DNA of 64,000 nucleotides from Nitrospinales bacterium (GTDB lineage Bacteria; Nitrospinota; Nitrospinia; Nitrospinales; VA-1), in contig CBDCXL010000002.1 in assembly GCA_965223795.1 (NCBI GenBank), positions 3,168,001 through 3,232,000 of the forward strand, given 5' to 3'. The translations under genes were made by a program, and so were the position numbers. The stretch's first letter is position 1, and every line of letters begins with the position of its first letter. Below the pieces are notes generated by a model. The model saw only the letters and a program-made list of their open reading frames with translations, ran no database searches and had not been told where the DNA came from. This document shows, piece after piece, positions 29,188 through 39,313 of the stretch.

Positions 29188-30132
29188 TCAATGCTTCAAT
29201 ACGGGTTTTCTGATATTGACCAAAGCGAGCGCAGTGGAGATAATCGCCTCTTCATCAATACCGTATACTTTTCTAAGATAGCTTTGGCTACCCACGATAG
29301 AGGAAAAGCCGTCCTTTAGACCTATACGGTAAAAACTTTTTGGGATCATTCCAAGGTCAAGGCATTTTTCGGCTACCAAGCTTCCTAGTCCACCTTCGAT
29401 GGTGTTTTCTTCAATGGTGATGATTCCACCTGTTTCGGTGGATGCTTCTATCAGAGCTTTAATGTCAAACGGCTTTAGTGTGTGCATGCTCAGTACACGG
29501 CAATGAATTCCATATTCTGCCAGATTGTCCGCGGCCCGTAACACCACTCCTAAAATTCCACCTGTGGAGATCAGAGTCAAATCATTGCCTTCCCGCAAAC
29601 GGCGTGCAATGCCGATTTGAAAGGTCTCATTGGGCCGATGCGTGTTTTCCGCATAAGATTTGTCCAATCGCAAATACCCTGGAGTGCTTGAATTCGACAT
29701 GGCTTTGGTAATCTGGCTGGCTTCCCAAAGGTCACCAGGCGCAAACACAGATATTTCCGGAAGTGTGCGCATAATACTTATATCCTCGGTGGCGTGATGG
29801 GAAAACCCCAATGGACCGTAGCTGAATCCTCCGCCGATTGAGACAATATTGACGTTCGCTTGATGATAACAAGGTCCGTTCCTGATTTGTTCCAGGCACC
29901 TCAGTATCGGAAAATTAGCAATGGAATAGGTAAATACGACTCTTCCTTCCATTGCTAAACCGGTAGCAATACCGGTCATGTTCTGTTCTGCGACTCCAAC
30001 ATTGAGAAAGTTTTTGGGAAATCTTTTCGCATAATCGTCAAAAACGCCGAATCCCAAATCTCCAGTGACCAACATAATTTTGGAATTAAGTTCCGTCAAA
30101 TAAGACAGCATTTTTACAAATGAATTTCTCAA
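29188..30132 (-). CDS. Transketolase C-terminal half
   Basis: GDLGFG, NVGVAEQNM, SHHATED, EENTIEGGLG. Confidence 0.9.
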   Translation of the reverse strand: MRNSFVKMLSYLTELNSKIMLVTGDLGFGVFDDYAKRFPKNFLNVGVAEQNMTGIATGLAMEGRVVFTYSIANFPILRCLEQIRNGPCYHQANVNIVSIGGGFSYGPLGFSHHATEDISIMRTLPEISVFAPGDLWEASQITKAMSNSSTPGYLRLDKSYAENTHRPNETFQIGIARRLREGNDLTLISTGGILGVVLRAADNLAEYGIHCRVLSMHTLKPFDIKALIEASTETGGIITIEENTIEGGLGSLVAEKCLDLGMIPKSFYRIGLKDGFSSIVGSQSYLRKVYGIDEEAIISTALALVNIRKPVLKH

Positions 30133-30938
30133 AACTCTCCCTCCAATTCTTTAAGTGCTGCGGTGTATTCATCTCCTTTAGGTGTTCTGTAGTGCCATAA
30201 AACAGAATTTTCCATAAAAGAGACACCTTTACCTTTTACTGTATGAGCGATGATGCAACTGGGTTTATCGTTTTGGAAAGGAATTTTTAATAATAAAGAT
30301 CGGAGTTGATTCTGGTCGTGCCCGTCCACTTCTTCTACATGCCAACCGAAACTTTCCCACTTTAAGGCGAACGGTTCCAGTCCAAGTGTGCTGGATACTG
30401 ATGTGAGGCTTTGGAGCTTGTTGTAGTCCACAATGGCTACCAGGTTGTCCAACTTATGATGGGATGAAAACATAATCGCCTCCCATACAGAGCCTTCATC
30501 GCATTCGCCGTCACTTAACAAAACAAATGTCCTTTGCTTGGTTTCATCCAGCTTGGCGCTGAACGCCATTCCCGCTCCAATGGATAAACCTTGACCGAGG
30601 GAGCCCGTAGAAAATTCGACACCTGGCACTCCTTTGTGAGAAACATGGCCGGATAAATCAGAACCGTTCTGGCAATGAGTCAAAAGTTTTTTTAGTGGAA
30701 AAAATCCAAGTTCAGCCAAGACAGCATAGACACCTGCACCTGCATGTCCTTTGCTTAAGATAAATCGATCTCTTTCTGGCCAATCGGGATTCGTTGGCTG
30801 GACTTGCAGGATTTCACTGTATAAAACCGCAATGATATCAGCCATGGAAAAGATGGAGCCAATATGCGAAGTGCCGCCCAAGTTGGCCATTTGAAGAGTG
30901 TTTTTCCGGATTTGCCTGGCAAGCTCTTTAGAGTCCAT
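30129..30938 (-). CDS. Transketolase N-terminal half
   Basis: RDRFILSKGH, STGSLGQG, SDGECDEGSVWEA, TVKGKG. Confidence 0.92.
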   Translation of the reverse strand: MDSKELARQIRKNTLQMANLGGTSHIGSIFSMADIIAVLYSEILQVQPTNPDWPERDRFILSKGHAGAGVYAVLAELGFFPLKKLLTHCQNGSDLSGHVSHKGVPGVEFSTGSLGQGLSIGAGMAFSAKLDETKQRTFVLLSDGECDEGSVWEAIMFSSHHKLDNLVAIVDYNKLQSLTSVSSTLGLEPFALKWESFGWHVEEVDGHDQNQLRSLLLKIPFQNDKPSCIIAHTVKGKGVSFMENSVLWHYRTPKGDEYTAALKELEGEF

Positions 30939-31197
30939 AAGTCTACCTTCTGGTTCGGATAAAAACAGATGTAAAGTTCGTTAGAGGAAATGTTTGGGAT
31001 TAGATTTAACAGTTGCTTTATGGTTTATGAGAATACACTCCAGCAAATGAATGGCAATGTGGGGGGAAGTGTGCAATTGCGATAAATGCGTGTTCGCAAT
31101 ATTTTGATTCATTTGCCAGGATTGATTTGGAATTATGAGATGGTTCAACCTCCAATTATGTTTCTATAACCGTAAAAATGGATAAAACAATTATGAT

Positions 31198-32319
31198 CTA
31201 ATTCCTTGACTCATAAAACTCACGAACTTTTTGTGAAATATAAAAAGCATCGTCTACTGTGACAAATAAATTCATGGGCAAAAGCAAAAAACGAGACGTC
31301 ATATACTCGGTATTGGGCAGACTTACGTTGAATCCCAGCTTTTCATATTGATGAATCGCCTTGCCCCCCCATTGAATGATTGTTTTTATGCCCCATTTAT
31401 CCAGGTAATTGCGAAGATCGTCTCTATTGTCCGCTTCAATTTCATAGTTCTGATAAACGTCGAAGTGGTTTGGATCGGAGTCCGGAGCTGGCGGTAAAGT
31501 GACATGTTTTAACTTTTCTAATTCTTTCTGATAAATTTGTGCCACTGATCTTCTATGTTCGATAGCCTGATCAAATGATTCGAGTTTATAGTTTAAAATG
31601 GCAGCCTGGAGATTATCCAGCCTCGAATTTGTTCCCCAACTGACGATTTCGCCTGAAGAATCCCTTCCATGATCCCGCATTAAATAAATTTTTTCTGCAA
31701 TGTCATCGTCATTGGTTACAACCGCTCCTCCATCCCCAAAACAGCCTAATAATTTTGCGGGGTAAAAACTGAATGTACCTGCGACTCCGAAAGTACCTGC
31801 GGATTTACCTTTAAATTTAGATCCGAGGGCTTGTGCTGAGTCTTCAATGATGATCAGATTGTGCTCCTCCGCAATTTTTATTATTGGGTCCATATTGCAT
31901 GTTCTTCCATTCAATTGGACCGGCATGATGGCACGGGTTTTTTGAGTGATTGCCTTTTTGATAGATATTGGATCGATTAAATGATCATCTCCGCATTCAA
32001 CCAGGACAGGTTTGGCGCCAATGAAATCGACAGCGTTTGCTGAGGCAACAAAAGTGTGCGATGGGAGTATGACTTCATCCCCTGATTTAATTCCTGCGGC
32101 TTTCAAAGAAAGAAATAGAGCAGCAGTGCCATCTGCAACTCCGATAGCGTGTTTGACCCCTAAAAACTTTTTCAGGTTGACTTCAAACTCATGAAGATCC
32201 TTCTGCATGATGTAAGCTCCGCGCCGAAGCACATCCTGAAAGATCTCCATATATTTTTCTTCATGTGAACTGAACAGAGCAGGGTAAGGGAAAAATGGGA
32301 TTGTTCGGTTTTTATCCAT
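31198..32319 (-). CDS. DegT/DnrJ/EryC1/StrS aminotransferase
   Basis: EDSAQALG, SFYPAKLLGCFGDGG, RLDNLQAA. Confidence 0.92.
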   Translation of the reverse strand: MDKNRTIPFFPYPALFSSHEEKYMEIFQDVLRRGAYIMQKDLHEFEVNLKKFLGVKHAIGVADGTAALFLSLKAAGIKSGDEVILPSHTFVASANAVDFIGAKPVLVECGDDHLIDPISIKKAITQKTRAIMPVQLNGRTCNMDPIIKIAEEHNLIIIEDSAQALGSKFKGKSAGTFGVAGTFSFYPAKLLGCFGDGGAVVTNDDDIAEKIYLMRDHGRDSSGEIVSWGTNSRLDNLQAAILNYKLESFDQAIEHRRSVAQIYQKELEKLKHVTLPPAPDSDPNHFDVYQNYEIEADNRDDLRNYLDKWGIKTIIQWGGKAIHQYEKLGFNVSLPNTEYMTSRFLLLPMNLFVTVDDAFYISQKVREFYESRN

Positions 32320-33032
32320 CGGAAATCACTTTAAATACAATTATTAATGCGTATATATTATGAAATCATAATAATTTATATAAATTAGATTGGATGAAGC
32401 GGATTTTAAACAAAATTATTAACATGTCCATTAAAAACTTAATTATTACTGTGAATACTGCTGTATATAAAAGATTGGGATATCCGGACTCCTAAATTTT
32501 GGTGTCTCTTAGATGGAAGATTCTGAGGGGCGAAAGAGACTTAATAGTTTTGATCTCAATTGCTTAGATGCATTTTAAGAAAATACTTATAGGGTTTAAG
32601 TTGGGGGAAGAGAAAAAAAGAAAAATCAAATTATTTATTTGGTGATGGGGCAAATTCCCGAATGGATGAAGGGCCTTCTTCAAAAAAGGATTCTTGAGCG
32701 GTGAAATAAATGAAATGAGAAATGCAATTTAATTATTGGGAGAAATGGTGACTATTCCTTAAAGGTAATAATAAAGGGGGTTTTCGATGATTAAAGAATA
32801 AATTTACCAAAACAACGGGCAATAGATTTAGTGTTCAAATCATTTGAAGAATAAAAATATTCCAATTGCATCAAAAGTAAGTAGGAGTAAAGATTGTAAA
32901 AATGGCTAATTGAAAAAAGGAAAAATGGTCGTGTTCAATATGGGAATTTATCATCAATAAAAGCATTATCGTTTCTAATATGTTGAATAAATTGATGTAA
33001 ATAAAATTTAAAATATATTAAATCTATATAAA

Positions 33033-33057
33033 TTAGGGTGGTATAATGCCACCCTAA
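33033..33057 (+). promoter_or_regulatory. Extended -10 promoter centred in a 9-bp inverted repeat (operator-like)
   Basis: TTAGGGTGG-TATAATG-CCACCCTAA; TGgTATAAT at 33039..33047. Confidence 0.55.
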
Positions 33058-33173
33058 ATTTTTGGCCTTCATCGTTATTTTAGTTGTTTGGATCAAAGTT
33101 TCACGCGTGAAAATTGCAGAAACTTTTGAGAAGAAGTCTGTGATCACCTCCATTAAAAGAAAAATAATAACCG

Positions 33174-34451
33174 GTGATTAATAAAGCCTTAGATCATATT
33201 TTTTCTTTTGAAATGGCCTTCACGCTATTTATTTTTGCTGGTGTATACAAGGCTTATCCACCCTATAACGCTTTCCCCATAGATTTAACTGCTTTTTTTC
33301 TGATCATTTCTTTTATTTCTGGAATTTACATTTTGTGGAAAAAAGGATTCAAGATAGGAAGAACACAAAAAATACTCGCTTATTTGGGAATAATGTTCTC
33401 TTTGTATGTCCTTTTGTCTCTTATTTGGTCACCTAGCGTTGAATATGGAAATGCAAAAACCACTTATGTGGTTCTTCTGAATTTATATTGTCTTTTAGCG
33501 GCGTCCTTTGTGATTTCAAGTGAAATGAAACGTGTTAAACGATTTTTTATCTGTTTATTTATTTTTTCATTTTGGATAGGTGTCGAAGTATCACATTGGA
33601 TATTGCCGACTTCTGATGGTTCTGAAATTGATTATGCAACGAAAATCGGAGGGGATGATTATCTGCAGATTGGAAGAATCATCGGCTTCGGAACAATACT
33701 GGCTTTTGGTTATTCGTTGTTTTATGCGCGAACCTCTTTCAAGCTGGTTCTAAGCTTAATTGTGATTTTCGTTTACTGGTACTCAATGTTTCAGATTGGA
33801 GGGAGAGGGCCTTTATTTGGGACATTTTTGGTTCCTCTTGCTTTGCTTGCCATGTTGATATGGTCTTTTATTAAAGGTGAATATTTTAAACCTTATGTGA
33901 AAAGAATAGGCAGCTTTGTAACCGTATTCATATTATTAATTGTATGTGGAATTATATATGGTTTTTCTCTGCCAGAACTTCCAAGAAGTCTGGATCGTGT
34001 GAGTGTTCTGTTTCAGCCTGGGATGGGGAGTTCCGCTGGGATTCGAATGGGATACTACATTCAATCTTTTGACATATGGTCTGTGAATCCTGTATGGGGA
34101 AATGGAATCGGAAGTTGGCCACTTATGATGGGATTGGGGGATTCCCGAAACTATCCACATAATATTATCCTGGAAATATTGACAGAATTGGGATTGGTTG
34201 GTTTTTTTCTTTTCGGTGGAATGATTGCATATTGTCTTTATGCAATGGGTGGCGTTCAGGGGATATTGGAAAATCCTATTAAAAATATTATTGTCCAGTT
34301 ATTTTTGTTCGCTTTTTTAAATACTTTTTTTAGTGGTGATTTGCATGATAACCGAAGTTTATTTTTTATCTTAGGGTTGATGAGCTTTGGTAGCCATGGG
34401 CGAATGCATGAAGTAGAAATGGCGGGTATGAATGAACAATATGTTACTTGA
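33174..34451 (+). CDS. O-antigen ligase/Wzy polymerase family protein
   Basis: Multiple TMs, GGRGP, PVWGNGIG, YPHNIILEILTELG. Confidence 0.82.
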   Translation: MINKALDHIFSFEMAFTLFIFAGVYKAYPPYNAFPIDLTAFFLIISFISGIYILWKKGFKIGRTQKILAYLGIMFSLYVLLSLIWSPSVEYGNAKTTYVVLLNLYCLLAASFVISSEMKRVKRFFICLFIFSFWIGVEVSHWILPTSDGSEIDYATKIGGDDYLQIGRIIGFGTILAFGYSLFYARTSFKLVLSLIVIFVYWYSMFQIGGRGPLFGTFLVPLALLAMLIWSFIKGEYFKPYVKRIGSFVTVFILLIVCGIIYGFSLPELPRSLDRVSVLFQPGMGSSAGIRMGYYIQSFDIWSVNPVWGNGIGSWPLMMGLGDSRNYPHNIILEILTELGLVGFFLFGGMIAYCLYAMGGVQGILENPIKNIIVQLFLFAFLNTFFSGDLHDNRSLFFILGLMSFGSHGRMHEVEMAGMNEQYVT

Positions 34452-34465
34452 TAGGAGGCCTTGGT

Positions 34466-36745
34466 TTGTACAATCCAATTCTAAACATATTTGAAAAATC
34501 GTCTAATAAAGCTCAGGGCGGAAATATTATCAGTATCATATTTAGAAGAAAATTCATTCTATTGGGCATTATGCTGATTTTTGCAATTTTAGGTGGGGTC
34601 ATCATTGTATTGACGACGCCGCTCTATCAAGCAGATGCGCTGATAATGATAGGAAATAAAAATGTCGCTGGTTTTTCTCCAAGACGATTTATGGAAAGAG
34701 TATCTCCAATGGAAGAATATTTTAATACGCAATATCGTTTATTGGGGACAAGGTCTATTGCTGAGTCGGTGATAAATAAACTGAAGCTTGATAAGAATCC
34801 TGAATTTGTAGGAGAAAAATCTAAATATTCTATTTCAAAAATTACAGATCAAATATCCGCTGCATTTGGCGAAAAGAAGAAAAATACCAGAATAAGCAGA
34901 AATAAAACTGGCGATCCAAATTATGAAATCATACAGGAATTTTCTAATCGATTGATTATCACACCTCTTCCAAATAGCAGTCTTGTCCGGGTCAGTTTTC
35001 GAGGTGAAAACCCGAAACTGATAGCGACCATTACGAACTCCATCGCTGAAGCTTTTATTTCCATGAATATCAAACAAATGAATTCTGGAATGGGAGCTTC
35101 CGGGGAATGGATGAAAGAAAGACTCGAAGAGCTAAAAGATAAAATGGACAAGATTCAATCGAAAATGACTGCTTTTCGAGAAAGCACCCAGGTCATTGAA
35201 TTTGAAAAAAATAGAAATATTCTTTCAGAGAATTTAAGAGATACCAATAATGAGAAAAGAAAAGTTAAGGGAGAAATATTAAAATTTAGAACAATAAAAG
35301 AGCAGCTGGAGAACATGGATGGTGATCCGATTAAGATTTTAAAATCACTTCCTGATTCTGTTAAAAGTCAAAATATTGAAGAGCTCATAAAAAAATATTC
35401 GGATGTGAAAACTGATTTCGATAAATCTTCAAAAGTATATGAAAACAGTCATCCTAAAATGCAGGCGATGACAAAAGAATTGAATAATATTGAAAGTACC
35501 ATTCCCAATGAAATTAAACTGTTGATTGAATCACTGGTTATAAAAATTGAAAATGCGATCAATCGTGAAGCTTCATTGAAGCAATTATTGGAAAAAGAAA
35601 AACAAGATTTGATGGAGTTAGAAAATCAAAAGATTCGTTTTGACGGCTTGAAAATGGAATACGATACAAATTCCAAACTGTATAACGATCTTCTATTAAG
35701 AATGAAAGAAGTGGAGATATCTGCGAAAAACAATCAGGGGGAAGCTGAGATTGTGGATCGGGCGCAAGTTCCATTGCAGCCAATAAAACCAAAAAAGATG
35801 CTGATATTGAGTGTGTTTACGTTTTTAGGGCTGCTTAGCGGGAGTGCACTGATTGTCAGATTAGAAAAATATAATAAAACTATCCGGTTTGTTGAGGATG
35901 TAGAAAAAGATTTCCCGTTTCCGGTTATTGGAGCAGTGAGCATAGGAGAAGCGGATGAAATACCTCTTCCGATTCATAATCGAAATTCTGTTATTGCAGA
36001 AGAGTTTAGGAAAATGCGCACTCGACTGATGCTCAGTGGATATGATGGCAGTAAGAAAATTGGATCAAAAAAAATCCTGATGATATCCAGTACCGAGCCG
36101 GATGAAGGGAAAAGTATGATTTCAACTAATTTGAGCATTGCATTCACTCAAATTGGAAAAAAAGTACTCATTGTGGATACAGATTTCTCGAAACCTACTG
36201 TTCATAATAATTTAAATGTAGAGCTTGAGCCAGGCTTATTGGATTATCTGCGTGGTGAGGGTGAAGTTGAAAAACTAGTGCAAAAAACAAATATAAAAGG
36301 ATTATCCGTATTGTCTGTGGGTGCTATGAAGGATGACTTTGAAGATAACTTCAAATTGGACAATTTGAAGAATATGTTTAAAAGTTTAAAAAAACAATTC
36401 GATATTATCATCGTGGACACACCACCGGCTTTAACATATTCGTATGTGCCGATCATAGCGCAGGCAAGCAATGGAGTTTTATATGTCATCAAAGCAGGTA
36501 GGAAGAATACAAAAATGATCAATCGCAGTTTTGGTCATTTGTTGCCATCAGCACAAAAGAAGATGCAGAAAAATATTTCGGGTGCCAGTTCAAATGTAAA
36601 AATGATCGATTTCTTTATGAATAACTATAAGATTATCGGAATTGTTTTAAATAAGGCACAGTACAAAACAGATGACTATTATGAGTATTACAGAAAATAC
36701 TCAAAGGATTATCAGCCCATAAGCAGTAAGGCGAATGTCGAATAG
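34466..36745 (+). CDS. wzc: Polysaccharide co-polymerase/tyrosine kinase
   Basis: TTG after GGAGG; two TMs around a coiled coil; Walker A STEPDEGKS, VDTPP, C-terminal Tyr cluster YKTDDYYEYYRKY. Confidence 0.92.
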   Translation: MYNPILNIFEKSSNKAQGGNIISIIFRRKFILLGIMLIFAILGGVIIVLTTPLYQADALIMIGNKNVAGFSPRRFMERVSPMEEYFNTQYRLLGTRSIAESVINKLKLDKNPEFVGEKSKYSISKITDQISAAFGEKKKNTRISRNKTGDPNYEIIQEFSNRLIITPLPNSSLVRVSFRGENPKLIATITNSIAEAFISMNIKQMNSGMGASGEWMKERLEELKDKMDKIQSKMTAFRESTQVIEFEKNRNILSENLRDTNNEKRKVKGEILKFRTIKEQLENMDGDPIKILKSLPDSVKSQNIEELIKKYSDVKTDFDKSSKVYENSHPKMQAMTKELNNIESTIPNEIKLLIESLVIKIENAINREASLKQLLEKEKQDLMELENQKIRFDGLKMEYDTNSKLYNDLLLRMKEVEISAKNNQGEAEIVDRAQVPLQPIKPKKMLILSVFTFLGLLSGSALIVRLEKYNKTIRFVEDVEKDFPFPVIGAVSIGEADEIPLPIHNRNSVIAEEFRKMRTRLMLSGYDGSKKIGSKKILMISSTEPDEGKSMISTNLSIAFTQIGKKVLIVDTDFSKPTVHNNLNVELEPGLLDYLRGEGEVEKLVQKTNIKGLSVLSVGAMKDDFEDNFKLDNLKNMFKSLKKQFDIIIVDTPPALTYSYVPIIAQASNGVLYVIKAGRKNTKMINRSFGHLLPSAQKKMQKNISGASSNVKMIDFFMNNYKIIGIVLNKAQYKTDDYYEYYRKYSKDYQPISSKANVE

Positions 36746-36789
36746 TGATAAATATTCCCATTTAGAAATGAATCAGAAGAAAAGCAGTA

Positions 36790-38295
36790 ATGATTAGGGT
36801 CAGTCCATTTTTAAAGGATTTTCTCCAAACTGGATTGTCATCTGTAATTGTGATGATTTCCTATGTGGGTGTTTATCATTTACTCGCAGCTGGGTTATCG
36901 GTGGACGATTTTGGAGCGTATCTTATATCAAGACGTTTTATTTCTACGTTGTTTCCTGTCACTACGCTGTGCATGGGAATTGCGATAACTCGGTATATTT
37001 CGATAACAAGTGAGCAGGATAGCAAAGAGGTAATATTATTTTACGGATTTATTCTATCTGTGGCTCCTTGTCTATTCATTTACATATTGGGAGTGTCGTT
37101 AGATGAAACATTAAGCGAATTGATATTTCAATCAAGCGATTACTCTAACGTATTTTCCGCAACTCTGTTTTTTCTGTTGGGCTACAGCATCTATTCAGTA
37201 TTGTATGCCTATTACAGGGGCGACGATAAAATCATTAAAGCAAATTACTGGAATGCAATCTGCGGGGGGATTGCTCCTATTGCCATTTGTTTTATATTTG
37301 CAGATCTGGGTGAAGCCAGTCTAATTCTGTATTGGATAGGCGGATTTTATTACTTTGCGTTGATACCACTCATACCCCCGCTGATACGATATTTAAAGAA
37401 ATTAACTGGCGAATATTCAATAGAATCGCATAAAAACAGATTCATTGAATTGATTAAGTATGGGTTGCCTCGTGTTCCATCTGGAATACTTATTGCGGGA
37501 TTATTATCCATTGGCCCATTTTGGGCTTCATCCATGTTATCGGTCCGTGAGGGCGGGTTTTTGGCATTGGCATTATCGGTTGTGGGCATGGTCAGTGCGG
37601 TGACACTTCCAATGGGTATTGTATTGCTCCCAAAAATTGGACGTTTGATGTCGGAAGGAAAAAAAGAAACAATTCAAAGTGGTTTATCAGAAATAATCTC
37701 ATTTTCATTCTATTTGGGGATATTCAGCACCCTGCATTTGATTATTTGGGCTGATGAAATTGTAAAGTTATGGTTTGGGCCTGAATATACCGAAGTAGTA
37801 TTTTTGATGCGAGTCAGTCTATTTGCTCTGACTCCATATCTCATTCTTACCATGTTGGGCCCTTGTGTGGATGCGGTTGAACGTAAAGCTATAAACACAA
37901 GGAACAATTCGATATCTTTAAGTATCGTTTTTATATTATTAGTTTTATCGACAATCAATGACTATGGAATTGTAGGTATTAATATTTCAGTACTTATGGG
38001 ATTTGTAATTTCAGCAGCTTTGGCTGTCCGTTTTTTAAATATTAAGTATCCAATAAATTTTAGAAATATTTCATTCGTCAATTGTCTATCGATAAATATA
38101 TTGTTTTTTGTTGTGGGTTTATTGGGGAAATATGGAATTGAAAAAATCACAACGGGTATTGGCTACTTGCTAATTGGAATTGTTTTAGAACTACTTTTGC
38201 TGTTCGCATACTATGCGCTGTTGTGGAAACAGGAGGTGAGCTGGACGTTAGAAATCGGGGGGAGAATATTCAAACCCGCTGCAAGCTCCAGCTGA
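36790..38295 (+). CDS. wzx: Wzx-type polysaccharide flippase
   Basis: About 12-14 TMs, DDFGAY, KYGLPR, LWFGPEY; operon position. Confidence 0.8.
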   Translation: MIRVSPFLKDFLQTGLSSVIVMISYVGVYHLLAAGLSVDDFGAYLISRRFISTLFPVTTLCMGIAITRYISITSEQDSKEVILFYGFILSVAPCLFIYILGVSLDETLSELIFQSSDYSNVFSATLFFLLGYSIYSVLYAYYRGDDKIIKANYWNAICGGIAPIAICFIFADLGEASLILYWIGGFYYFALIPLIPPLIRYLKKLTGEYSIESHKNRFIELIKYGLPRVPSGILIAGLLSIGPFWASSMLSVREGGFLALALSVVGMVSAVTLPMGIVLLPKIGRLMSEGKKETIQSGLSEIISFSFYLGIFSTLHLIIWADEIVKLWFGPEYTEVVFLMRVSLFALTPYLILTMLGPCVDAVERKAINTRNNSISLSIVFILLVLSTINDYGIVGINISVLMGFVISAALAVRFLNIKYPINFRNISFVNCLSINILFFVVGLLGKYGIEKITTGIGYLLIGIVLELLLLFAYYALLWKQEVSWTLEIGGRIFKPAASSS

Positions 38296-38311
38296 ATAAG
38301 GATGTTTTGGA

Positions 38312-39286
38312 ATGATTAATCAAGAATCTTCATACACACTTATTTTGACGCATGATGTGGATCATTTGGCATTAAAAAAGTATCCAATATTTTCAAAGGA
38401 CACGATTTCATTTTTTAAAAGATGTCTTTTTAATAATTTTATAAGGCTTTTTAAAAAAGACATTTCTTATGAAAAATATTTAGATTCGATTAAATGGTGC
38501 GTTGCGTATCCTTTAATTAAAGCCGGCAAATCAGAAGATCCTTGGGAAAAGGCAATTGCCGATATCATGGCATTGGAAAAGAAATATGAGGCTAGGTCAA
38601 CATTTTTTTTTATACCCATGCCACATAATCCGGGGCATAAGTCAAAAGGTGTCAGGGACGATGATAACAGAGAAGCAAAATACGATATCCAAGACTATAA
38701 GTCTTTATTGGAAGAAATAGAAAAAGAAGGTTTTGAATCCGGAGTTCATGGAATCGACTCCCATATCGATTCAGAATGTGCAAGGGCTGAATTGAATCTT
38801 TTAAAAAAGGTACTGCCTTATAAAGAAAATTTTGGACTTAGAATGCATTGGCTTTATCAGCCTGAGAGTTTATGGAGAAACTTGCAAGAAGCCGGCTTCT
38901 TATATGATGCGACATGTGGAAGTAATGAGGAGGTCGGTTTTTTTGAAGATCAATATGAGCCGTTTTTGAGGGATGGAATTTGGGTGTTTCCTCTGACAAT
39001 CATGGATAGCACTATATTGGGAAATTGGCGTATGGGTTTAACCATGGAAGAATCTTGGTTAAGAATTGAAGAGATATTAGAGGAAGCAAAAGAAAAAAGA
39101 TGTGTGGTTACCGTAAATTGGCATACGGACCATTTTTATGTCTATGATTACTGGGGAGAAGTGTACGAGCGTATTTTAAAAAAAGCAAAAGATGATGGTG
39201 CTCAAATTATGAATTGCATCGATTATATTAAAGCTAATACTGAAAATAAAACTAGTCAAAGAGCGGATATTCAAGTTGGTACATAA
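38312..39286 (+). CDS. Polysaccharide deacetylase-like protein
   Basis: THDVDH, GVHG, RMHWL, YDAT, NWH. Confidence 0.78.
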   Translation: MINQESSYTLILTHDVDHLALKKYPIFSKDTISFFKRCLFNNFIRLFKKDISYEKYLDSIKWCVAYPLIKAGKSEDPWEKAIADIMALEKKYEARSTFFFIPMPHNPGHKSKGVRDDDNREAKYDIQDYKSLLEEIEKEGFESGVHGIDSHIDSECARAELNLLKKVLPYKENFGLRMHWLYQPESLWRNLQEAGFLYDATCGSNEEVGFFEDQYEPFLRDGIWVFPLTIMDSTILGNWRMGLTMEESWLRIEEILEEAKEKRCVVTVNWHTDHFYVYDYWGEVYERILKKAKDDGAQIMNCIDYIKANTENKTSQRADIQVGT

Positions 39287-39313
39287 GGTATAACTATTAG
39301 GCTGAGTGCATTT

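Noticed and set aside
32935..33153. 72-aa minus-strand ORF
   Set aside because: Low-complexity AT-rich divergent promoter region; no support
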